Positions 37,292-50,203 of a stretch of 64,000 nt of DNA are shown here, piece after piece. The stretch lies in the NCBI GenBank assembly GCA_964106915.2, contig OZ066920.1; one strand, given 5' to 3'. This DNA comes from Podarcis gaigeae. Taxonomy: Eukaryota. Both the position numbers and the translations under genes were made by a program. Numbering within the stretch: position 1 is the first letter of the stretch; the number at the start of each line of letters is the position of its first letter. The notes under the pieces are model-generated. The model did no database searches and was not told the DNA's origin. It saw only the letters and a list, made by a program, of their open reading frames with translations.

Positions 37292-39810
37292 TTGGATTCC
37301 TAAGGTATTCAGGAGACCACCTGGGGCAAAGCCAGGACTGTGCAACTTACTGTAAATCTGAGGCATGTATATTCTGTAAATAGGTTGTCTTTTACACCCT
37401 GGAGATATTTTGTCTCCTCCCTACCTGTGGCTTCTGCCTATCAGGCTCAGGTTATTTGGAAGGACAAAGCAATTTGAGATGGGGAAGAGGGTGCAGCACA
37501 GCTGTTACTTTGCGCCGTCAGATACTGGCACTGGGTGACAATAAATGACTCACTGGGAAGTTTTATTTTCAAACAGTCGGGTCTGGAGCAGTCTTGGAAA
37601 TTCTCTCATGTGTTTTCTTCCTAAGGGCTACTTCATGCGTTTCATTTCACTCCACTTAGTGTAGGGGGAAAGCCTACATACCCAGCCTTGTAATTGGCCA
37701 CTCTTCCTGGTGGAAGAGTAGAATAGGCAGTAGAATTTCCCACCAGTTGTATAGGCTGGTGGGAGAGGGATGGATTGCTCTGTTCCTTTTTCACCATACC
37801 ACTTGACAGAAGGCCTTTTTTTTAGTACTGACTCTAGAGAAGGGATCTTCCTTTCCTCTGCAGCCAACTTGGAAATGTAAGCAACTAGCCTCGTAGCCTG
37901 GATTTTTTAAAAAAAACTAGCCTGTTAGTAAGTTGTATGGGCTTATTTAAAAGGCTGCACATGTCTATGTATGTGTCATGTGCAGATCATGCTCGTTTCT
38001 ATTTTGCTGTACACACACACACACACACACACACGTTGGGAAGCCACAGTTGACAGCAACAAAATAGATAAATGCAACTATCATCCATAATCGTGTTCAC
38101 ATTTTTTCCACTGTGCTGGTGAAAGATAATGTGTGAAGTGGCTCTTGGGTCAGAATCAGTTCCAACCCATAACCATACATTTGCTTGCTTTGTGAATTTC
38201 TTTGCTCTCCATTGTAATTTCTATCTTTTTACTCACTCTTGCTTGTGCTTTTGGTACAGATTATGAGCAGTGGAGCTTTACAAAGTAGATTTGTCCTGAG
38301 TGGATGGAAGGTCTCCAAGGGCAAAACATTAGTGTTATTCAGCATGTTCTCATTCTCATTTGACATTTTTAAAGCTGTATGGAACTATACGTAAAGCTGA
38401 GATGCAAAGATTGATGAGCACAGCCCCATAAATGAAAGTTACCCACAAAGATCTGTTAAACCTTGGCAATGCACTTAAGTATAGGACTAATTAACTAGGA
38501 AATGTATGTTCCTTACAGGTGAGAATACAAGCACCGTATAAGTAAATAGCCAGCACCTCATAATGCAGACTCTGTTCATTTATTTTTAAAGTTTATTCCT
38601 ATGTTTGTGGAGAATGCTTTGATAATTTAACAGGGACCCACACATTTTTACTTAATAGCCAACCCCCAATTTGTGGTTGCTAAGCTTGGAAAGGGGCTGG
38701 AGTTTATTTTTGATGTACTGTTCTTCTGAGATGCAGAGTACTTTCAAGTACAGTGCAACACAAAGAACTCTGACCTCCTCCTGGAGCTAGGAAGGTGGTG
38801 GGAAATCACCTGTGCCATTGTACTGTGCCCCTGAGAAGCATGCAAATGTCTCCAGGATTGTCACAGAAGTTGCACTGTGCTTCTGGTGCATGTGGAATGC
38901 CTAGGAGACAGCATGACACAGAGAAGCAACTGCCCCCTTCTAAGGATTGAGGCTAGGAAGGGAATGGTTGATCATCCTTGAGAGTCATGCAGTGATTTTG
39001 GGGCACCCTAAGCTACTCTGAAGTATAGTGTGACTACTGAGACAAATCCTTAACTCCAAGCTCAGGAGGCGGACTGTGGCTCATCGTTCTTTCCAAAGGA
39101 CAATGGGACACTAGCCATGGTGAGCATATTTGTGAACTTCTGAGTATTTAAAGCTGTTGGACAATGTAGCTTACTTAATCAGGTAATATACACCTCTCTT
39201 TGTACACAAGTTCAAGCTATTCAGATGTCCTCCAACAATTCCTGATGGAGAGCTGCTTCCTTTTGCTTCATCATTTTCTGTTGCCAGGAACAAATTGTTT
39301 TGGTAACGTTTGTACTTCAGCAGCACCCATTTTTAAAAGCGCAGTTTAATTGAATTGGTCATCTCAGTAATGTAGAACAGATTCCACAGGGTGCTTTATA
39401 GCTTATTTACCGTAGTTTCTAGTCTGCATTATTTATTTTGTTTGGTGTGGTTTTCTTTGCCTATTGCACTGCTTATGAATCATTGGCCATGATTTTATTT
39501 TGTACAAATAACGCCTTGATATATGTTACAGAGAACAGCTTATTTTTTTAAACCTTGAAGAAAAGAATTTATGGGGACTGGTCAGATGACGGTTGTGTGT
39601 GCATAAAGCATTTTCCTTTGCCTGTTACATACATTTTATATTTTCTGGCAGTATTTAAACTTTTTTTTGTTTAAATTCTCACTAATTTCTATTAAATTGT
39701 CAAACCTTTATATAATCAATGTTCATCAAGCAAATATCTTGCTGCTGGTTAACTTCTATTTTGTCAATACCATGTTAATCAAGTAAATAAATTCTACAGC
39801 CATCAGCATG
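37292..39810 (+). terminator. RALBP1: RALBP1 3' UTR ending at AATAAA 39786-39791
   Basis: AATAAA followed about 17 nt later by CA and a GU/U-rich element (TGTGGTTTTATT). Confidence 0.65.
38010..38034. repeat. (CA)n microsatellite in the RALBP1 3' UTR
   Basis: About 12 AC units. Confidence 0.9.
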
Positions 39811-40319
39811 TGGTTTTATTTAGCTACAGGAAACAACAAATAACTTGGACAGGTTCAACTCCATAAAGAGCTGGGAATATTCCATCTGAAAGCCTGGAGT
39901 GGTGTTACCAAGTAGCGTAGACAGTACTGAGCTCAACAGTTCAGTGATCTGATTCCATGCAAGGCAGCTTCTAGGTAGATATCCACTGCAAGCTGTAACT
40001 ATCTCAAGCACTTGTTGCTGTCCAAATGTGACTTGTACAGGCACATGTAAGGCTTTTGGGGAAATGGGGAAGTGTTGTGTAATAGAGACTCTGCAACTGG
40101 GAACACCCACAGACAGCATTTGCAGTCTCTTGAGATGGGAGCAAATTCAATAAGGCTTGCTTTTGAATAGATGTGCATACATTTGCACCATTAATTTGCA
40201 GTCAGCATTGTTGCTGCTTCATGATAGGTAAAGTAAATATTAAGCAGCTGTCTGTGTGGTAACAGTACAAAAAAAATCTGGCAAGTTTGACATGTTATGA
40301 TCAAAACAAGTATGTTTTT

Positions 40320-40333
40320 CCACTAGATGGCAG
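40320..40333 (+). promoter_or_regulatory. Consensus CTCF motif between the convergent gene ends
   Basis: CCACTAGATGGCAG fits the CCASYAGRKGGCRS consensus exactly. Confidence 0.55.
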
Positions 40334-41450
40334 GTGATGGGAAAGAACAAGCTGAAAGAAAAAGATTAGTCAACCACATGAATATGAAGAACTGATTGAA
40401 TTAATCACTGTACATTTATTCTAACACTTTTATGAAAGCAAGTGCAGGTTTAAACATTTTTTTAAAAGGCTGCATGAACTCAGAAATGGGTATGCTTTTT
40501 TCCAGATTGTGGTGCTTTCTAATAGATAATATGGGGTGCACCAAGTGGTCAGATGCTGCAACATTGTTGAGTTAAGCAGCTATAGACCCTTGGATGAGAA
40601 ACCACTGAAACTGTAAAAAGCAGGGCATGAATACAACCATTAAAAAAAAGCCCAAAATGTAGCTCAAGGACTAAAGGAGCCTATAGTTCTAAAAAAGATA
40701 AAAAGAGCACTTCAATACAGAAACATACCAGCATTAGACACACTGAAAAAAACAATACAAAAACAAGTCAAAGGAAGGTGGTAGGGGCAGCATCATGGCT
40801 CACTGTGAACATTCTCCAGGAGACTGCATGAGATTTAGGACGCTGTCTGAACTGGAACACCCCATGCCACATGGTTACAACCCAGCTTTCCTACTCCATC
40901 AGAGCATTAGTGTGCCATACTACTTTCAGGCAGCCTAGTTTTCTAATACTGATTATCAGGCCAGGATCTGACCATGAATACTTGGACTCTACGGATTTAC
41001 AAAGTATGTTTTAGTTCAAACAAGTTCAACACATTTCTTTGAAAGCGCAGCTTCTCAGAGCTTCCAAATAACTAACACCATGGTTTTATCTGAACATCAC
41101 AAGTTGAGGTAGTAGCGTATGCATATAAATTCATGTATACATAGACAGACACATATATATGTGAAAGAACCGATATCACTAAACATAGTATATCGTAGTA
41201 GGGAGCTGCTACTACTACTATATGAAAAGAAATAAGGCAGAACCAGCATTCGTTATGCATTTCTAACCCCATGATTTTAACAGCCACTTTGCCCATCGAT
41301 AACTAGTCACCATGAACATGTGCAGCATTTGTCAGTCCCCTGTCCCCTCCATTATGACTCTTGAACCAAGCTTTCAGCCTGGGGACATACATGCAATACC
41401 AGTTACACACATTTCTTCAGAGTAGGACATCCACCTGTCCTTGGGTAACA

Positions 41451-41472
41451 GCACACACACACACACACACAC
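41451..41472. repeat. (CA)n microsatellite
   Basis: About 10 CA units. Confidence 0.85.
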
Positions 41473-41609
41473 TATCGCCATGAGAAGTTAAACACACAAT
41501 TTTAGACCCACATACCACCATCAGAACAGGAAAAGGAGAGACTTGATAAAAGCATTCCCTATTTGCAAGCTTTTATACGGTATTAAGAGAAGGAGATTTC
41601 ATTCACTCT

Positions 41610-42538
41610 TATTAATAAATTTTCTTTTTATTTGGACAAGGAGAGAACATTTTATCACAACAGTTTGAAATAGCATGATTAAAGACTGCAGCCCTCCCAG
41701 GAGTGGTCACAGATATGTACAGTATATGAAGAGCCGATCATGATCTAGTTAAAAATACCTGATGTGAAGTACATGTGCTAACAGGTTTCCTTCAGGTCAT
41801 GACCAGCATGAAAAACACATTAGGACACAGGTACTCAGTGGAGTTTTCTGCTAATGAGTACAGCAATATGCTGTGTTTAAAGGTTTACAATCAAATTCTT
41901 GTTAATGTTAGCACTGAGCCCTTAAGGGGAGAAAACAAACACCAAATCTCTACTTTTCCCTCTTTTACACACATCAAAACTATTCACACTTAAGGAGGTG
42001 CCCAGCTGCATACAAATTAAGTCTTTTCAAGGATAAAAACTTTTAATAGCTAATACTGGAGGTGTCTCTTGCTTCTTGGTACAAATCTGTCTTTATAGGG
42101 TATGAGAATTTCAGCTATCAGTTCCTAAGAGGGGGAAAGCTTGTTACATTAACTCCTCAGGAGAAAACAAATGCCGGTCTCTGGAAATCACATCCCTTCT
42201 ACACTGAAAATGCTCAGCCAATTCAAGTTTCACATATTCAGGAAGACAGAAGATTTAAGGCTCTGGTGGCAAATACAATCCTCTGAGCAAAGTTGTTCTA
42301 AAGTCAAGATTCAACAGGTAATGTTTATTTTTATTTTTCCTTGACTCTTAAAATCCTTGGTCTCAGGTTTAGATAACATCCAACTGAAGTTAAAAGTCTG
42401 GCAAGAAATTCCTTCCTCCATGGGAAAAAAAGAGGTTTCAGTCATCCATTTTAGGAGCACTTGAGGATTGCCCTGCGATTTTGTAATGTTTTTGGTTTGT
42501 TTTTTAATTAAAATTATAGCAACATTCAGGGGCTACTT
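41610..42538 (-). terminator. PPP4R1: PPP4R1 3' UTR with AATAAA (plus-strand TTTATT at 41627-41632)
   Basis: Hexamer about 0.9 kb downstream of the stop. Alternative hexamers at 42324-42335 and 40415-40420. Confidence 0.55.
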
Positions 42539-42702
42539 TTAGTAAGTTGAAGAGGCTGTGCTCATGGCATCATCTGCAATTTTGGTACTGGCAGGGTGGA
42601 TGCTTGCAAAGTATTTTACGTCATTATCATTATCCATTTGGAGGGCCACAATTGTCTGCTCCACTGCTTCTTGGTGAGCACTGACACATGTTAAAAAATA
42701 TT
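42539..42702 (-). CDS. PPP4R1: PPP4R1 last coding exon (EYFLTCVSAHQEAVEQ...AMSTASSTY*)
   Basis: C-terminus DVKYFASIHPASTKI..DAMSTASSTY is characteristic of PPP4R1. Acceptor catacAG. Confidence 0.95.
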
Positions 42703-44068
42703 CTGTATGGAGAAAAAGCAAGAGAATCTTTTTTTATAAAGGAAAAGGTAGCATCACAAAAGATATGCTTCTTATAAAACCCCAAATTAGGATGCAAAGT
42801 AAATGTTTTGTGTTTTTTTTTTTTTTGCTGCCAGTACAGAACATTTATACAAAATGCATACAAAGAGTAACATTTTAAATCATCCATATATATTATAATT
42901 TGGCATAAACAAACAAACAAAGGACCATGCTTATCATGACTGGGTTGCAGAAAGTATACAGCACAGGCTCCCACATTCTTCTGGCTCAATTTTAAGGTGT
43001 TAGTTATAATCAACATTCACTGAGAAATCATCTGTGCTGCATAAGGTTGAGCAGGGAAGAGTCACTGATCCTTAAAGCACTGTACTGGATGCCTGTGACC
43101 TACTGTGTGCAGCTTAGGACCCAAGTACTTAAAGGAATGCCTGTCCCTTACCTACTGACCTTTGTTTTGAGATCAGGAGGGGAGACCCTGCTCTTGATCC
43201 ACCAATGGGCATCGTCCTTGATAATGTGGCACAACACAGGGCAATGCCCCAATGGTGGAATCCTTTCCCTGGGGAATGGCAGTTGTCCCCTGTGCTGCTA
43301 ACGGCATACGTCTTCACCCAAGCTTCAATACCCTGGACCTAGCAGTGTTACCAATGTGTTTGTTGTCTCGTGCTGTTGTTTTGGTTTTGTAGTTTTTATA
43401 CGTTTTAACTATGGTGCATAAATGGCTGCAAAGGTGTAGAATGCAAGCAGAATAAATAATACTACCAGCACCTCTTTACGTTTTTCAGCCATGTCTCAAG
43501 TGAAAACTCCTGGCCTGCCCCAGCAACTTTTCTGGTCCTCTAGGATTGCATCAGTTTTGGTGTCAGTGGCAAAAAGGAAGGGGAGAATAGAGACTGTGCT
43601 GAAGTGAACAAAGCCCAGCACCCTGATAGGAATGCAAATCATGAAGAGAGGCGGCCATAACCCCCGTTCTCAGCTAATGTAGACCCTGAAGTACTGGCCA
43701 AGGCTGAATGCAACTCTTAGGCCAAATAACTTAGCCACTCCTGCTCTAGAAGATGCACAGAATCTTAAAGAGTGTTTCCATGTGAGGAGGAACCTTTCTT
43801 GGAGGCTTCCTGTCTTAGAATTTCCATTTCTGCTTCCAGTCTGGTACCTAGGAAATTCCCACAACCTCCTAGATGTTAACTTTTTTTCATCCCTTGTTAC
43901 AAGTATTTCAAACATCAGGAACCAGCCCAGAACAAAAGATGTGCTTGAGGAAAAAACAATGGCATGAGAGTACATTTACTAGCTAATACTACATTGTAAG
44001 GATGCACACAGGAAATGTGTGATTTCTACAGAGCAGGAAATGCAGCAAGAGTACTTGAGTCCACAAAC

Positions 44069-44210
44069 CTTTCTCTAGAAGCGTTTGCCTTAATGTTTTT
44101 GCAAGTAGGACTCGAACGTTTGGAACTCTATCTGAGGCCAAGAGCAGTAAATGGGGCAATAGATGCTCAGCAAACTGATCCATTGGTAGGCAGTCATCTT
44201 CTATGATAGT
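44069..44210 (-). CDS. PPP4R1: PPP4R1 exon (TIIEDDCLPMDQFAEHLLPHLLLLASDRVPNVRVLLAKTLRQTLLEK)
   Basis: GT-AG, 142 nt, HEAT repeat motif D.VPNVR. Confidence 0.95.
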
Positions 44211-44677
44211 CTGAAAAGAAGATAAAGTAACTGTTTTAGACTTCCCCGAAAAGCAGGAGCAAAGCCTCTAAAATAGCAATAAAATATATTCTATAGGGTC
44301 ATTTTGAAGCTCTCTTCTTTTTGCTTTCTTGGATTTGGGGCTGCTCCCCACCCATCCCCCTTCTCCACTGATACGCACAGCTAGCCATCCACATGAAAAG
44401 CTTCAAGGAGACATATTTTTGGATAACACACATTAAATTAGGACAAGAGAATGATAACCATCATTAGGCTCAACCTCCAAAAGCTCTTTATCTTTTTGTA
44501 AGGAGCGGAGTTCACAAATACTATCCAGTTAGCTACTCTTACTAACTTCCTATTGTACCCATGATCAAACTCTGGAATTCAAACTCTGGAATTCAGTGTT
44601 GAAAATGGAAAAAACTTGTAACTTTGTAGCAGTGGCTTACATGTCAAGAAAATAAGAAAAATTCATGAATCTCTTAC

Positions 44678-44812
44678 CTGGCAAATAAAGGCGAACGTTT
44701 GCCTGCCAGACCACTTTTGGCACCTGCAGAACGTTTCAACCAGTTCATTCATGAGATCGACCACAAATGTTGGCGGTGGAGCACTATATAGCTTCTTTAC
44801 CATTTCACTAAC
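44678..44812 (-). CDS. PPP4R1: PPP4R1 exon (VSEMVKKLYSAPPPTFVVDLMNELVETFCRCQKWSGRQTFAFICQ)
   Basis: GT-AG, 135 nt. Confidence 0.93.
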
Positions 44813-44906
44813 CTAGAAAATACGCAAAGATCCCAATACATGGATTACCTGCTAAAATGGTTACTAAGTCAAATTCCATTTTTAACGTTTACATTATAGT
44901 TCATAC

Positions 44907-45027
44907 CAGTTTGAAGGAAATCCAACGAACAGAGGAAACCTTGTCTGCACAAAGACTGAGAGCAATAGGTCGTAGGTAATCGTATATGTCTCTGGCACTA
45001 TACAGATCTAGAAGCAAGATCAGCTGC
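44907..45027 (-). CDS. PPP4R1: PPP4R1 exon (QLILLLDLYSARDIYDYLRPIALSLCADKVSSVRWISFKL)
   Basis: GT-AG, 121 nt, followed by a 94-nt intron. Confidence 0.93.
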
Positions 45028-45110
45028 CTACAAAAATAAAATAAAGGACTTAAAATTGCTAACCAATCATGAAAATGAAGCTATGTGCTGCAAGCAAAGG
45101 TGAATATTCC

Positions 45111-45352
45111 AAGAAGAAGAAGAAGAAGACACCGCTTTATCACTAACCTAAGGAGTCTGAAAGCGGCTAATCTCCCTTCCCCTCCTCCCCTACAACACCA
45201 CAATCTGTGAGGTGAGTGAGGCTGAGACACTTCAGAGAGAAGTGTGACTAGCCCAAGGTCACCCAGCAGCTGCACGTGGAGGAGCGGGGAATCGAACCCA
45301 GTTCACCAGATTACGAGTCCACTGCTCTTAACCACTACACCACACTGGCTCT
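45111..45352 (-). mobile_element. tRNA-derived CORE-SINE (Squam3-like) with (CTT)n tail
   Basis: A box TGGTGTAGTGG, B box GGTTCGATTCC, core GTGACCTTGGGCTAGTCAC, (CTT)6 tail. Confidence 0.88.
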
Positions 45353-45902
45353 ACACACCACACTGGCATAGAACAGCAGAGATGTGGGTTCCAGCCTGAT
45401 TGAGTAGTGTCTCTGAAGAAAAGCTACAGTGCAGGAGGAACTCCCGGTATCTTACCACCTGCTCTAATGGCCACCAATTGCTGCTGGAGTGTTCATTCAT
45501 TATAAGGCACCCCAGCAGCCTCTTTCTGGAGCTGAAATGGAGCATGCCCTTGTGCTGCTGATGGGGTGGAGAGGTTTGGTTCTGCTCTTTCTTAGATCTA
45601 AAAGATCCACACACTACAATTCCAAGCATGCTTACTCAGCAATAAATTCCAATGAGTTGAATTTTCTTGGGACTAAGTCCCACTGAACACACAAAAAATT
45701 ACTTTTTACTTAACTATACATAGACCCTAAGTTTCAGCCTCTCATCTGGCAAGTGGAATAAAAAACAAGCAGCTAGTGGGTCTTTCCACTAGTGGGTCTT
45801 CTCAGAACCTAAACTGTGCCCAAACAGAAGTGGTATTGTAATTCTATATTAATAATAATCAGGTCTAGCATTTAGACAGCATAGTTTACTACTAAAACTT
45901 AC

Positions 45903-46003
45903 TCAGCAAGTTCTGCTCGGAAACGCCAGTTCCTGCTGTTATCGGTGACTAAGAATTCCTGAAGCTGGTACAGATATTCCCGCCTTTTATCAGGGTGAAG
46001 AAG
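45903..46003 (-). CDS. PPP4R1: PPP4R1 exon (LLHPDKRREYLYQLQEFLVTDNSRNWRFRAELA)
   Basis: GT-AG, 101 nt. Confidence 0.95.
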
Positions 46004-46299
46004 CTGGAAAAATAAAGATGAATGTTTTCAGAACCATACAAATTATAGTTGATTGTAGTCTATCAAAAAATGAGGCTATTCCAGAATTTCTATGAAATAT
46101 CCTGGAACAAGACAGTAATGCAATATACAATGTGAATGATGGCAGAAATTAATCACATCTTCGGTTTCATCACATGATATCCATCAAGTTTTACTAAATA
46201 CTAAAAGTTTATAAATTTAATCATCTGTCACCACAGAAGTATGCATACAGGGAGGAGGAAAAGGGATGATTATTTTGTATGCATAAAAGGAGTATGTAC

Positions 46300-46461
46300 C
46301 TTCAGAAAATCATGCAGATGCTTAAGCACACCAATTCTGACTTCATCAAGGTCCTTTAAGAAGCCATTGAAGACTGGAACCAGATCACCAGCTGTAAGCT
46401 GGTCTCCAAGAATGACTGCAAGTTCATGTATAGAAAATGCCAACGTTCTTCGAACTTTCCA
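46300..46461 (-). CDS. PPP4R1: PPP4R1 exon (WKVRRTLAFSIHELAVILGDQLTAGDLVPVFNGFLKDLDEVRIGVLKHLHDFLK)
   Basis: GT-AG, 162 nt, HEAT repeats. Confidence 0.95.
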
Positions 46462-48339
46462 CTAAGAGGAAACAATGCACAAGGCCAACTTGTTAGCAAA
46501 TCATACAACTTATTCAATGTTAGGGTTAGATTTGTTGCACAGCCAAGAGTACAGCTTGATTTGAAGGCTGGAACAAGACGAAAAGGAGACGTGGTTGCTT
46601 CCATGCATCTCTTCTTTCCTCTGGTGAAGTCTAGTAACATAAAACCCATGTTGGACATCATGGTGCACTGGCAAGTCTACCCTGGCCTAACAAAATTTTC
46701 AATGCAATTAAATCACATTATGCATTTTTATTTATTGGGTATTACTGGAAACAGAGGAGATGTGGGGCTGTTTTCAGCAAAAAGCCAAGCATCTCTCATA
46801 TCTGGTTCTGCTACCATGTTACAACTCATCAGTTAACTTACAATCACTTAACATATTAATGCAGTTACTATTTACTGCTGAGAAAGGGGCTGGAGACGAA
46901 CTTTTTATTTGAGTGATAATATATAGAGATTTATATACCACTTAATCAAAAAAAAACACAGCTCTAAGCAGTTTATACAAAATAGAAATTATTTGGATCA
47001 GCTTTCCTAAACAAAAAATATGTTAAGCATGTTCTCATTCCATTCAATCCCTTATTATAACTTTTTTTTTTGGGGGGGGGGGTAACAGGAGAAAACAAAA
47101 GATGTCCTAACTTCCTCTACCAGTTCCCCAGAAGACCTTTTGTGTTCCTGCAAACCCAGCAGAGGAGGAACCTTTTCAAAATTCTGACACCACAGCCAAA
47201 GGATCAGGCATCCCTTGCATAGGTGTCTGAAGTACAATCCTAGGCTCTCTTCACCACTGCGAAACAACACACAATTGTGCTCATAATTCTATTTTACTGA
47301 TTTGCCTGGAATTTTAGACATAATAAGATTACTCCCATACAGCTGGTAAACTCTGGCCTTGTATGAATGCTATTGCAAACTCTTGGGATAAATGTTGGCA
47401 CAGAGCAAAGTTCTTTTCTAATCCTTCCTTTGAATTATTTTATGAGTTTAGCAGATTCATTACACTGAATTCAAAAAGGAAAAATGCTGGGGGGTTTCAG
47501 AAATTATATTAGAGCAAGCTGTTCCTACAGCAAATCTATTAGTTGATCAGTGTAAATGGAGAAAAGAAATCCAACAGGTTACTTATGGTTTACAGAGCAA
47601 TCTTACTGCAAGATCTGTTGGAATGAGTAGGTTAGGATTCAGCAGATCTCTGGCTGAACTGGGAGGTTCCCAGTACAGCCAGGCTACACTGCTTAACTCC
47701 TTCCTCTTCACCTCAGCCAGAGATCTACCAGATTGTATTCCCCATTCTAGCCCAGATGGAGCCCAGTTAGCTGAGCCAAGCCTAGTAGATCTTAAATCAG
47801 CATAAGCCCTGGAAAAGGGGTGTGACAGGGGCTGGATCCTAAACCTGATCATCTTGGTCATGTAATCTGGCAACCCGGTGTAAATTAAGCCAGTAAACAG
47901 GATGGTGTAACTCAAATACTATTTTAAAGGCTTACTTTCCCTTTGTCAGCCTTAAGATGACTTAGCCAGCAACAGCCTTGCTGCTGAATGGAGTTTGGAT
48001 CTGGAGTAATTTTATGCCAGCTTGATTTACACTGGTTTGCTTTACACTAGCCTACTATGTATAGGATTCCTCCCCTGGAAAGAAAAATATGATAAAGACA
48101 TGTGCAAATTCTCCTTCCAGGACACAAGTAGTTACCACCCCTTCCCCTCAGATATCCCTATTCTCAGGAAAAATATCAAGAATGCTATAGTAATGAGAAG
48201 CGGCCCAACATTTCTGCTTTCCTATTACATTAAGAACCCCAGACTCGTTTCTGGAAGACTAGAGAAGCCAAAGCATACAATTTCAAATTGCACATTGTAT
48301 CTAAGTACTTTCAGGGCTTATAAAGAGCTATAACATTAC

Positions 48340-48525
48340 CTGCATGTCAGAGGCTAACGTCTCATAAGTATCTTTCAGACAGTGCCAGTTCTGTCTACCT
48401 AAGGTAAGTGCCACACCTGGAAGGCTGTAGGCACAGTGCTTTGCAATCTCTGTATCAACAGTCTGAGCTCGAGAGGGATCAGTCATGGATAAATACTGGT
48501 CCAGCAAGGCCTGAGGTACAATGTC
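48340..48525 (-). CDS. PPP4R1: PPP4R1 exon (DIVPQALLDQYLSMTDPSRAQTVDTEIAKHCAYSLPGVALTLGRQNWHCLKDTYETLASDMQ)
   Basis: GT-AG, 186 nt. Confidence 0.95.
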
Positions 48526-49351
48526 CTAAAACACAAAGCATATGAATTTAAGCGTATGTTCTGAAAAAACTACATCGCCATAAAAAATAATTAATTAAAA
48601 ATGTTAAGACTGCAGGGAAAGAGAATGAAAAAGAAAATTCAAGTACTATTTCTTAGGTTACATTATTCTTCAAATAACCAACTTGTTACAAGTATAAATG
48701 GGAGCTTTTTAAGGAGAGCAGGAGCGAAGTTGCTCACCTTTCAACAGAGCTGATGGAGGGGCCCTGCAGTCCCATCTCCCTCCCTCTCCTGCAGTCCAAT
48801 AGGACGCCTGCTGATGACAGTTGAGGGAGAAGCCACAAAATGAGGATGGGAGTCATGTGCAGCCCCCATGGGTCAAGGCTGCCACATGTGCCCTAGGTCC
48901 TGAGAGTACAGAGTACAAGGGAAACGGTGACTCAGGGCAACGGGATTAGCTACCACCTTGCTGACTATATGGGCTATGATGTTTCTGTTTTGCTTACAGG
49001 TGCCTGAAGCCATTAAGGCAAAAGGGAAACAGAAAAGCTTGTACATAGTACAATCCATCTCTCTCACACACTCACTAGACCGGTGTGCAGTTACTGTAAG
49101 AGAAATTCTTGCCGACTGCATGTACAGGTCAGATTTGCAACTGATGATGCTCTCAAGGGGACAACAGTAGTCTGAGTGAGGAGGCTCAGATTTCAATTTT
49201 AAATTTCGAAGTTCAGAATTCTTTAAAAAAGAGGGAGAAACTTACAGTGCACAATTTAAGCAAAGTAAAAATTATACTTACAGGTGTCGGATCATATATT
49301 ACATGTAAAATTACTTTTAAGTTGTACAAGGAGAAAACTCTTTAAAAATAC

Positions 49352-49450
49352 CTGAATTTTAGATTTTTTTTCTTCTTCAGGGCTGAAACTACTATTAGTG
49401 CTAAAGTCGGAATCATTATGAATATAACGCAGAGCAGATTCTACAATGTC
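49352..49450 (-). CDS. PPP4R1: PPP4R1 exon (DIVESALRYIHNDSDFSTNSSFSPEEEKKSKIQ)
   Basis: GT-AG, 99 nt, in phase. Confidence 0.9.
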
Positions 49451-49622
49451 CTGTGGTGGAAAGTTAAAAACAACAACTTACAATGCAGGCATACTCTGCA
49501 GCACTATCCAATGCATATTTACTCAAAAGTAAATCCAAAGCATATGAAAATGAAGTTACTTGTTTTCTGACATTAACTGACAGGTGCTCAAGTGATAAAA
49601 TTCATAGCAGCCAAATATTTAC

Positions 49623-49798
49623 CTCAGCAGTATCACTGATTAAAGGCACTGGGTCATCCTGAATGGATGTAAAGCTCAGGTGATCTTTGATGCTCAGCTC
49701 ATTCTGAGAATCCACTGACTTGCCAATGCCTGCTGTCGTTTCCTCCTGGGGGTCCAGGCTTGAGGCTCGAAGGGCAGCAGAGAGCACCTCCACTTGTG
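49623..49798 (-). CDS. PPP4R1: PPP4R1 exon (AQVEVLSAALRASSLD...VPLISDTAE)
   Basis: GT-AG, 176 nt. Confidence 0.93.
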
Positions 49799-50203
49799 CT
49801 GTGCATGTAAGGAAGGGGGCAAGCAGGTCAAAAACTTGTTCTACACCCATTACACAAACATTTCAGTGGTGTAGTAGTACTTCCCCCACACCCTGCTTCA
49901 TATTCCATTAACACAGCAGTTGAGAACCTCCACTGATGGAAGCAGAGCCTTTACAGAAATGCCCTGTGGCCATGGAATGATCTTGCTGCTAAGGTGTAAA
50001 GTCTTTAAATGGTTTCAGAAAGAATTACAACACACGTCTGGTTAAGGATGGAATAAATCTGTTAGGTAAACTTTGGGAATACGCAGACTCTGATTTTATG
50101 CTGCATTTTTATTGCTTTTAGTATTTTACCCTGATGATGGCATGTAATCTGCTTTGTAAGCTGTTCCGAGCTTATGAAAAAGCATCCTAACAATGCTCTA
50201 AAT

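Noticed and set aside
36917-37366. 149-aa antisense ORF over the RALBP1 last exon (and similar ORFs opposite other exons, e.g. 55721-56239 and 46426-46836)
   Set aside because: Shadow frames of real exons, with no independent evidence.
48517-49450. Two consecutive PPP4R1 exons both begin GACATTGTA (DIV)
   Set aside because: The similarity stops after 9 nt and both exons are needed for the known protein, so this is not a mutually exclusive exon duplication.
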